64,000 bases of DNA, taken from Ascidiella aspersa (lineage: Eukaryota). The first letter of the stretch is position 1. Each line of letters opens with the position of its first letter. The DNA is taken from positions 19,654,001 to 19,718,000 of the forward strand of contig OZ004609.1 of assembly GCA_963924565.1 (NCBI GenBank). Direction: 5' to 3'. Made by a program: the position numbers and the translations under genes. Shown piece by piece: positions 41,801 through 52,500 of the stretch. The notes below the pieces were generated by a model. The model was not told the DNA's origin. It made no database searches and saw only the letters and a list, made by a program, of their open reading frames with translations.

Positions 41801-43355
41801 TAAGAAGAAAGTAGTCAAATCCATCAGCATACCGGTACTGTAAATAAATTTAGTTATTTACAAACATTCTTTAATAAAACGTCAAACCGTTTTAATAGGT
41901 TTGCAAAGTAACCTACCATTTGAAAGTAAGGGACTTCAGGCTCTGGTTCCTTTTCTTTGCTGTCAGAAGAGCCATCTGATGGGGTTTTGCTGACTTTTCT
42001 AAACAACAGCAAAACAAAAGTATTTTGTATTAGGTATGTCAGAACATTTTTTTTACTTATTAGTAGAAGTTTCTGCCAAATGTTTAAAGGCAGGTATTAA
42101 AACCTTTAAATGTGTTAACCCCTGGCCCTAACTTATGTAGCTTTACTTTACCAACTAAATGCCAACATTTTGGTACTCCATTACTTGTGTTTGGTAGCAA
42201 AGCTAGATGTCAAATATTTGCACAGACAAGTCTACAAGCACCTAATGAAGGTAGGTAAAAAAATCACGCCAATACCTTCTTATTGGACACTGGGGTATTC
42301 AACACCTTAGACAAAAACTGAATAACAGTTCACCTTTAAAAAAATTTTGTTTGCTATAACCTGCAATTAAAAAAAACAGACCTGGAACCTGAACGATAGG
42401 CAACATCTGCGGTTTGATTATCGAGAAAGGGTTCTGCAGTTGGATCTTCATTTGGTGGCATTTTACTAACTATTTCAACTTAATAACACAGTTTAAACAA
42501 TCTTCTTTATAGAACGTACACTCTGGCGCGTTTCTGGCTCGGCTGACGTATTAAAGTTTCCGGAAACGACGTACACTTCATGTAACTCGGGGACCATTGT
42601 AGTCATAAACAATTTGGTAAAATAGCTTAATAACGCCCCTTAACTGCGATCGTTAAAAACGCCAAGCAAAAAAATCGATAATAAAAAGACCGGTTTCGTT
42701 TTGTGCAGTTCAACATATCCCCTTGCCTAAAAATCGTCATGGCTTAAATTGGTAACTTCTACAGCTAAAAGCAAAGCTTTTGGAAATAAACACTATTTTC
42801 CAACGTTTTTGGGGGCAGAATTGTTCTCAACAGGTTTGCATATATTTTTAGTTATAAACGTTGAATATGTTAAGGAAACTTAACAGAACAACAATATAGT
42901 TAAACTAGTTCTTAACATGTTAGTCTAGTTTAATTATTTTTAGTTATAAACTTGATAACAACAGGGAAAATATCACACAGGTCATAGTTAAAAAAGTCTA
43001 TACGAAATTCTAAAGCATCGATTTTACAAGGCGCAGTTTATTTGCGTCCGCAGCACACACCGAGGTTAAATAATTCATCATTTACTTAACTGCGCAAAAA
43101 TACGAACAGAAGGTAGCCTGAAAGTTTATATTCGTTGTTGAATGTACACTAAAATTTGGAACCAGATGTATAAAAAGTGTTAAAGGTCCAAACACACGTA
43201 AAGTAATAGGTACATAACTACTTGTCAAAAGTAATTTACCGGTTTGATTTCACTTCGACTTTGACGTCGTCATACGATGGTGGACCTCCGTTTTCTACCC
43301 TGTTGTTAATGAATGAACCATTTTTACCATTGACGGCAGCTCCATTGGAGGCCAT
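26871..43355 (-). CDS. ABCB1: ABCB1-like full-length P-glycoprotein (copy A), TMD-NBD-TMD-NBD, 25 coding exons, ~1310 aa (exon 1a) or ~1298 aa (exon 1b)
   Basis: Exons: 43355-43240 (1a) or 42461-42382 (1b), 41998-41917, 41837-41650, 41561-41450, 41294-41161, 40950-40779, 40454-40330, 39812-39599, 39250-39068, 38736-38620, 37736-37524, 37207-37027, 36234-36061, 33910-33872, 32804-32625, 31956-31778, 31111-30901, 30583-30468, 30336-30197, 29904-29764, 29346-29190, 28597-28400, 27992-27786, 27640-27494, 27077-26871. All phases are consistent. Walker A GQSGCGKS x2, Q-loop VSQEP x2, signatures [20 protein letters not shown] x2, IAHRLST x2, [11 protein letters not shown]. Confidence 0.93.
29420..29747 (+). 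mobile_element. hAT MITE (family 1) in an ABCB1-A intron
   Basis: CAAGGGTTCCTAAAACT...TTTAACAACCCCTG; perfect TSD ATTTAGGG; homologous to 1422-1733. Confidence 0.85.
32029..32340. mobile_element. hAT MITE in an ABCB1-A intron
   Basis: CAGGGGTGGGCAA...TTTGCCTATGTCTG; perfect TSD CATTACAC. Confidence 0.85.
34006..34058. repeat. 22-bp tandem repeat (~2.4 copies)
   Basis: CACAAATGAACTCTTGAGT(C/T)GA x2 plus a partial unit. Confidence 0.8.
42520..42580 (-). promoter_or_regulatory. Candidate proximal promoter for ABCB1-A exon 1b
   Basis: Small CpG-rich patch ~60-120 bp upstream of ATG 42461, with palindromic GTTTCCGGAAAC (ETS-like) and TGACGT half-CRE. Confidence 0.4.
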
Positions 43356-46300
43356 CTTGGCAGATATTTGAAACTTAAAATACTATAAATAGACTTACAC
43401 AATCAGTAATCTGCCAAGTACCAAAAATAATTGTTTTTAAATTACTCTGGTACTGCTAATTTGTCGAGGTTAATAAATAAAATTCCATCTTTTGGCACAA
43501 ACAATCGCAAAAAAATAAAAGAACTCTAATTATTACAATCACAAATTTTACTATTGTTTTCAACGTCACTATATTTAAAGTTAATAAAGCGCGTAATACC
43601 GAAAAATCTATTTGAGAGAATCTGAACTTTAACAGTTAAAATGTGCACAATCAAAACACCCTCTAAAAGTTATCAACGCCAAACATCTGCACGCTTTTAC
43701 AGACAGTCAGTAAAACAGCAGCACAGACTTCTCTGGGTCGTACTCGTAAAAGCAGCCTCACGTTGTTTTGCTCAGCAATTTATAGGTTCCCTGCATTGCC
43801 TGAAGCTAGTAATTGTTGCGTCACTTGACACATCTTCGTCACAATTTTATCCTTAAGTTTTTCGCTAATTTCCATGTGGTCTGTGACAAATTCACTCACT
43901 TTGTTAAAGTAAGCCACGATCTTAATTACTTCTACAAATGACCCCAATTGGGTATTTGGACAATTTAGACTAAAAAACGCAACACCGATTTACTATCTCC
44001 TGTTCAGCAAACAGTCGGTATTAAAATGTTTTACTGGAGTTTTATTGTGCATAAGATAGAAACGCCGTGCGAAAACGAACTTTGTTCGACATTTCTGAAC
44101 AATAGCCGGGCTACCTTACTGCTTTTATTCGAGTAATACGTCACAAAAGAAGAATTGTTGGTCTCCGGCTTGGTGGAAATGGCTACTGCTGTAACGTATG
44201 TTCCATGCATTGAATCGAATTAGGCTGAGTTAGAACATGAGGAAATGATGCAATGAGTGAGGTCACAATTATTTCATGAAAAACAGTAAAACACATATTC
44301 CTTGTCGTTTATATCATTGAGTTGCGCAATATGTGTGGTACTTCCGTTCTTCAAGTAAAACTTACATTTCTCATTTCAAAAAAAGAAAACATGCCTACGG
44401 GTAAATAACTCTAACTCACTACCACACTAATTTGTAAATAATCTCTTTGTTTACGTGTCTAGCTAATGCCCTTTTTTGGCCTTCTTAGACCTTGTTTGTA
44501 TTTTTAGTTGAACTGTTGAAGCAGCGATAACTTCGCATAGAAACTGTAAAAGAACTAAAAAAAATTGTCATGTTTATCCTACGTCCGTAAATCTTAATAC
44601 GAATCAGAGACATGAAAAAGGCTTCAGTCAACCGGCTTCAATATTTCGCATTTTACTGTTGCAAAAAAAGCATACCAATTCAGGCCAAAACAAAATCGTT
44701 TTTGGAATTCGAACCTATTTAAAACAAATGCGATACAGAATTTATAGATGTGTATTATCCGGTTATCAAGCCTGGACGGCATACATGGCCGTACAGCGTT
44801 GGCTCGCAAGCAAATAAAAATGAAGAAAAACTTTTATCCCCTCTTAAAGTTTTTTCATGGTTAAAATTAAACAGTTTTATTGATGGCATACAAAAAGTCA
44901 AGCGTATAAACGAATTTGCTACCACGTTTACATTTGTCACAACAATATTGTAATAAGACTCGGAAATAATTCTGTATCGGCTTCTCAGACAACAATTTTA
45001 ACACTGTAACACAAATCATTTTTAATTATTCATGCACTATTAAAATATAAACTATATTATCAGCCATAAATAGTACTTAATTAGCACAAATTACCCCCTA
45101 TTTAATGAATACTTTATCTTGACTGGGTTATTGTTTCGTTAATGTTAGGCGTCGTTTAGACTGATACAAAGATAACTTAAACTCTAATAATGCAAACAAT
45201 TACACTGACCACTTCGGAATTTGTACATTTGTTATATTACCATTTGGTTTACTTGCCTTGCAGCATGACGAAGCAAAATCTCACACAAAAGCGCGCGACT
45301 GGGCGTCATGTTACCTGTTCATTCTAAGCGAGATTGGGTGTTGGTTACGCCGCAAAGTGTACGCTTCGTTGATGAAGCGTCGAAAGTTTGAGTTGCGCAA
45401 CACGTCCGCAATTTTTCACTTCAGAAACTCGCTTGCCACCATCGGCTTATTTCCATTTTTGCCTTCAGGCATTTCAAATGCTCCATAAACACTCAGTGCT
45501 GGTCACGTTCACTACACTTTACAGGCGTCTAAGAAATATATGGTAAATAATGCAGTATAGTGCACTATTATCATATTCGCAAAGTCAGTTACATAAGTAG
45601 CAACTAGCAAGATATACAGCCAGGTATGGCGATCGCATTTAATACAAAAGTCGGTTTAGCCACGAGTGGTAATTTGATCGCCTCACCCCGTGAAACGAAT
45701 TGGCCGGTTATTACATAACCCCGCGGAACGCTATCAACAGGCGCCCTTTTTCGGCACGCGAAAGCAACTAAACGTTGTTCAGTTGTGCTGGGTTTTGCGG
45801 CTTGTCACCCATGGCACGGAATACGACAAAACGTGCAGGCCGGACAGCAATCAACATGCTGTGACGTTATTACTGCAGACAGAGATATCCACAGTCAGCT
45901 GAAAGTTTAAATGTTTCTCTTGTATTGGGAGAGGCGCGTGTCAAGTGACGCAATATACCATAAAATTATTGATAGACCAAACAGGCAATCTACTAACGAA
46001 AAAGTGCTATGTAACAGAATGCACACTTTCCCTTACACAAATAGGACTGTGGCAAGTTATATTTGATTGTCAGAGAAGTGATAAAGCGTATAACACTAAA
46101 ATTTGGAACTGTGTACATCAGAATTACAATTCAAGTGGACGACGCATAAAATCGTTCCGGGTTTTGAATATTTCAAACAAAGATAAGTTAAGCCGCTAAT
46201 ACACTAGACAATTAATTACATATAAGCATTGAACCTTACTTTTCAAACAACTTCTAAAACCTAACAAAATAGGACAAAAATCGCTCGAAATATGTGATAA

Positions 46301-46504
46301 TTAAATCAGAAACAAAATATAATTAAGCGTTTAGATTCATGTTAAAAACAAAATTGACAATTTGCTTTGGGGCGCAAAACAGGCGTTGCATTGTCGTATA
46401 GCATCTCAAATATATCCATAATCATTCGTATTTTATTTTGTAGTAAAATGGCCTGGAAAACGTCTTTTGTCCATTGTCTTTCCGGAACTCACGAAATGAT
46501 AATT

Positions 46505-49500
46505 CTACTCCCCCTTTTTATGGAGCTGAGCATTGACCAGACTGAAGTAGGATCCCTTCAGTGCGATTAGCTCGTTGTGGGTGCCACGCTCCACCACGAC
46601 TCCGTTCTCCAGCACGCAGATGACGTCAGCGTTCTTCACGGTCGAGAGACGATGGGCGATGATGATCGATGTTCGGTTCTCGCTTGCCGCGTCCAGGGCA
46701 TCTTGGACGATCTGCGTTTAGTTTTGAAACTCAGTAACCAAGGGCTTTTAGCAAAAAAATCCCAAAGAGAAACTACATAACCCCATTCATTGGTATGTAA
46801 TAAGTATGTCCGATAATATCGAATCGGTTTGGATACCCGATGCCAAATGTTATATAGTGGTATGGGTACTTGCCTTATACTACGGTGGTATCGATGCCGA
46901 TCCGATAATATAGATTAATTTAAACATTACAATCATGGATGTGGATTTAACTTTTCTACTTTGAACGGTAAATTTATTACAAAAACTAGTCAACAGCTAA
47001 AAGTAAAAAACGTACCCTTTCAGCGTAAAACCTTAAAAACAAATAACTTTGAATATTTTAGATATCTATTTTGCTTGTTTGAAAGTAAAGGCGTCATTTA
47101 GTATCGGGTCAAACACTTGAAATACCGGTTATCTGAATAAAAAGCCAAGTATCGGACGTCGCTATGTTTTTAGTGCAGTTAAACAGTTTGAGAGACACTG
47201 CGGAAATTGAATAACGTTATTACAATACAAAGATAAGTACCATATACATTTCTACCCTGCTCACTAATGCACAAATTCTTACTTTTTCACTCTCGGCATC
47301 GAGGGCTGAAGTAGCTTCGTCGAGAAGTAGGATCTTGGGGTTCCTGAGCAGAGCCCTGGCGATGGCCACCCTCTGTTTCTGTCCTCCCGACAGCTGGCCA
47401 CCCTTTCCACCCACACTGGTGTTGTAGCCCTGAGTAACAGCGATACATTACTCACGACGAAACCTAACAAAACTGTTATACACCAAACTTAAAATTGAAA
47501 CATCATAGGGATATATATAACCACACAAAGCGCGTCTACATAAAACGTTTGAATACCATTATTAAAATCTAAGAGCAATTTAAAAAATATCTATTTGCTT
47601 TACACGGATTGTCACTTGTATCAGTTTTGTATTTAAACAAGGAAGCCAATATTTACATTTGCCGCATACACAGCGAAATCGATTAGATTGGAAAAGATAT
47701 ATCTGCATAGGACATTTACGTTTGGTAATAATGGTTCATCTGAAAATATCTAAATATTTTATACACCAAACGGCGAAAAAACAAAACATTTTTTTGAAAC
47801 GATCGTTTAAGTCAGTGTTTCCCAACCTTTTTTACACTAGTGTCCCCTTCGGCTCAACATTATTTCATACCGCCCCTCATCTTGCTTTAAAGTAAATTAT
47901 GGGCCTAGGATTGTTTACATAAATTCTACTAATGAAAAGTGTAATAAAGCTACTTTCAGGGAACGCGATAACTTTGAAAGGTTAATCCAGTTAATTGTTT
48001 GTTAAGCTTTTTAAGTCCGGGGGGACCTGGCGAGCGAAGCGAGCGCGAATTTTTGGAAGTATACCGGCATTTCTTTTACATTTCTTGCTAGTTTTTATTA
48101 CATTGCCGAAAAAAATCAAAAAATGTTAAAAAATATATGTCCAATATTTTTGAATACGTTTTCCGTTTGTCCGCGATGCACTTGGCAGCCTTCCACGGCG
48201 CAACGGTAAAGAAGCGCTGATCTATTTCAAAAGACAGCATCGAAACGTAAACAAACTGGACGTAGAACGATTAAGCGCGAAAATGTTTTGACCCTATAGG
48301 TTAAAATAGTCAAAAAGTATTTGAAATGGACTCGTGTCTAGTTGTCAAAGAGGCGTCGTGCCGTAGGTTGGCGACCCCTGTTTAAATATACAAAAAAATA
48401 ATACAAATATTTTGCCGCGTATAAAACGGTGAAACGCAACAACAACCAACAACTTTACATAAGAAAACCAATTATTACGTAACAATGCTCAGAAAACTAC
48501 TACTAGTTCGCAGTACGGAAGTTGCCATTTAAGGTTAAAAGTTACCTACAGTGATGTTTGTTAGTGGTTACTATTTTTAAGTGAACTTTTTATAAAATTT
48601 TGTCATAAGTACTTTTATGTAACGACCCCTTATGTGCGTTCAGCGCCCCCCAAACTAGAAAAAGACCCAAAATGCCCCCTTGTAACTCGCCAACGCCCAC
48701 AAGGGCGCGGTACCGCCCATGTTGGAAACCTATGGTTTAAGCCAGGGCAACCTACGGCCCGCGGCTCGCTAATGTAATTTATCCGGCCCGCCGCCTCTTT
48801 GACAAATTAGACACTACTCTATTTCACATACTTTTTGACTATTTTTACTATACGTAATTGCGAAAAATTTTCGCGATTCGCTTGAATGTTCATTATACGT
48901 CCGGTTTGTTTCGCTTTCATGCGTCCTTTTCAACTAGATCAGCGTTTGTTTACCGTTGCGCCGTGGAAGGCTGCTAACTGCGTAGCGCAAAAAGGAAAAA
49001 CTAAAAATATTGGATATATATATTTTTTTTTTCTATTTTCGGCAATGTAATAAAAACTTGCAAAAAATTTAAAGGAAACCGGTATACCAAAGAAAAATCG
49101 AGCTCGCTTCGGTGCGCCTTGACTTGAAACAGATAACAAACACTGAGCTAGATTAACTTTAAATATTATCGCGTTCCCTCAAAGTAGTTTTATTACACTT
49201 TTCATTCGTTTTCATAACACTTTACTGCTTTTGTAAACGTAATTAAACACGTCTTTAAGTGCACAGAATGTCCGAGGCCTGCCTGATTCACAGTTGTTCT
49301 AACATTTTAATAACACAATTCCTAATTATCATTTTGTGCGGTCCGCAGAGACCTTTTTAAGTTTGGTTTTGGCCCGCGACTAGAAAATGGTTGTCGACCC
49401 CTGGTTTAAGCGGTGTTATGCAATAACTATCAAATCCAACAATTCACATGAAGAAGACAAACTGGCAGCTAAATACGCTGGACAAACAAGCAAAAAACAA

Positions 49501-52500
49501 ATTTACCTCCGGTAGCCCCTTGATAAAGTTGTGTACGTTTGCGTTCTTGGCAGCTTGCACTACTTCCTCCATGCTCGCTTCACGTGTGTTGTCACCATAT
49601 CTGATGTTCTCGGCGATGGTTTTGTCGAAGAGAACTGGCTCCTGTGACACGATCCCCATCTGGGCTCGGAGCCAGGCGATTTGCAGAGACTTGAGATCCC
49701 GATCGTCTAAGCTCTGACAATGAAAAAAGATTGTCACCAGACTTTCGAAATTGTAAACTAATTGAAAGCATTTTTCAAAAGGTGTCATGAATCATGCTTT
49801 ACCGTTTTCTATATCCTACTGAAGTATAAGTGTTACCTTACACAGTTATGCAAATATACTGTAGGTTCAAAACAGCCGATAAGGCATTTATTAACAAGAG
49901 GCTCGCTGCTAATGCGACTTCTGAAAAAGCACTATATTGATTTCACTGTCATCCACACAACTCCTTGTGTACATAAAGCTATATAAAACAGCACTAAAAG
50001 CTTGCTTGTTTATGCAAGACCCTCGTAAAACTTTGTTTATGCAAAGACCCTCCTAAAGTGTAAAATATTTTTTTAAAGTTGGAAGAGTGGGATATCAGAT
50101 GTGCTCGAAAAAAATTTGCTCGCTGTTCAAAATTGTTTCTTATACATTTGGTGTGTACAGTGCCTTGGTGTTGGTAACCATTTGTTTGGGTTAGCGATTT
50201 ATAGTTAGAGACGTATCAAAGGAAACACTGCTTGATACTTGGTACAATGACATTAGAATTGTCTAGAGTCTAGACATAGAGCTAGCTATAAAAACCGTTA
50301 TTCGTCCGAGTGTAAAATTTTGAGTAAACTCGAATCAAATGGAAATATGATGAAATAGATTACTTACAACAAAACCCTCAACGGGATCGTAGAACCTCTC
50401 GAGGAGCTGGATGCAAGTTGACTTTCCGCAGCCGCTCTGACCAACCAGGGCAACTCGCTTTCCGGGTTCGATCCCCAGGTTCAAGCCTTTCAGCACTTGC
50501 ACGTCGGGACGGGTGGGGTAGGCGAACTTTACGTCTTTATACTCAACCTCAGAGGTGGTTGATGCCTGAAAGAGTAATTTAGGTTTCCAATTACGTATAA
50601 TATTTATAAATTTTCTAAAGTCTTATCAGGCCTAAGTGGTTGCGTAGTATTAGTATAAGTTTAGGATTCTGCTATAGGAATGTTTTAATGTAAAATTCTA
50701 ACGTTGTATGCAGCCACAAGTGACTTACCGGCTTTTCCCCCTTTTCATCGTAGCTGTCGATAACCGGCTTCCGATCGAGTAACTTAAAGAGCCTGGCTGC
50801 CGAGATGTTGGCTTCCGCGTAGTCGGGAGCAAAGGAGCCAACTTGGCCAACAGCGAAGGCGCCGAATATTACCGCCATAAGACATCTATAGGAAGATACG
50901 TTATGTGTTTTCATGCCTTTGCTAACACAACTATAGGATTTATACTGTTATAGTGTCTGGGTAACTTACATTCATAAGGATATTACACAATAATATCACT
51001 GGAAAAATGTGAGAAAAAAAACGCAACTATTTTGTGGTAGATTATTTTCATCTAAAATTAAATGATGCGGTTGCTTTACTTTACAGCTACACCTTTGTTG
51101 GTAGAGTGGCGGTCCCGGTATGGGCGGAAGATGTAAGTTCGAACCACACCGAAGGCTATGCTGGACTGCTGGTAGTTTTTCTAGCCTGCCTTGCAATCAT
51201 TATTGTTCGACGTATTCGGTTATAGTGCAGGCCCGCATAACAAAACGACCCGCAACTTTTATTAAACTTTTAAGCTTTAGAGGTGTTAAATGCTATAGAA
51301 CGGCCAGAATCTATAGTGACGAAAATTATTATAAATAACCTTAGAGAGATATTTTCACTAAAGTGTTTCTGTTATAACAATTACTTGTAGACGTTCTCAA
51401 ATTCCATAAGTCCTTCCTCGACGAGCCAGCCTCCAAAACGGAATGTTGCGGCGTATGCGTAAAACACGATGCACTGAGAGAAGCCAAACGAAACACCATA
51501 AAAGTAAGCCTTCTTTCTTGAAGCTCTGGAACGAAAACAGAGTGGCATGTCGCAATCGGCTTTTGTCGTTAACGTAAGTTTGTTAACCGGATAATAAAAA
51601 AGCTATGTTGTACTGCAGGGTTCGGCAACCCCTGACACGCGTGCCAAAAGTGGCACGCGAGTCGCGAGTTGATTTTTCAGGGCACGCCAAATGACTTCCT
51701 TATATCACCTTAACAAAGTGCAATCATTACATCACTCCCAGTCTCAGGGCTGCGGAGTCGGTAAAAATAACCCGAGTCCGACTCCCGAGTACGACTCCGA
51801 CCAAACAAATAAACCTGAGTCCGACCCCAGAAACCGACTCCGGTAAAATGTGCGATTTTGTCGAGTCCCGAGTCTCTACAACTTGTATTTCACCAATTTA
51901 CGTGGATCAGTGGTCGGCAAACTGTAGGCCGGGACTCAAATGTGGGCCGCAGAACCATTTGTAGTGGGGCGCGAGTTACATTTTTAGTAGGCACGAGTTG
52001 AATAGTTTAGTGTTATCATGTAGTTGTGGGCCACGTGATAGCCGTAGATTCATTGCACTTTATTTTAAAAGTTAGTGTGGACTAGAATTTTTAAATTGGC
52101 TCAGCTTGTAAAGGCCCACACGACAAATGTGGTCTTTAGAGCCTGTTGAACTATATTTTTTACAACTTTAACTATATGTAAAGGCAAAATTGTTCGCGCT
52201 TCGCGCGTATTGTTTTCCTTCTATAGTATTTTTTATATTATGGCATGGTAGTGTTTTGGCCATCAAGTCGCCGTGTAATATTTCACCTTAAATTAAATAT
52301 TAGACATCCTCCACTGTTTCGTAATAGTTTTACGTATAGTGGGCCTTCAAGCGACAAAAAAACTTTGCCGACCACTGCTGTGGAGTCTTAGCCGGATTCG
52401 GGACTCGATGAAATTGCACATTTTGGCCGGAGTCGGGGTTGTTTTTAACCGAATCGGAAGGTAGCCAGTGCAAAACCAAACATAGGAAAATATTTGGCAC

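Noticed and set aside
42276-42360. Additional ABCB1-A micro-exons between exon 1b and exon 2
   Set aside because: Candidate AG/GT pairs give stop codons in the required phase 2.
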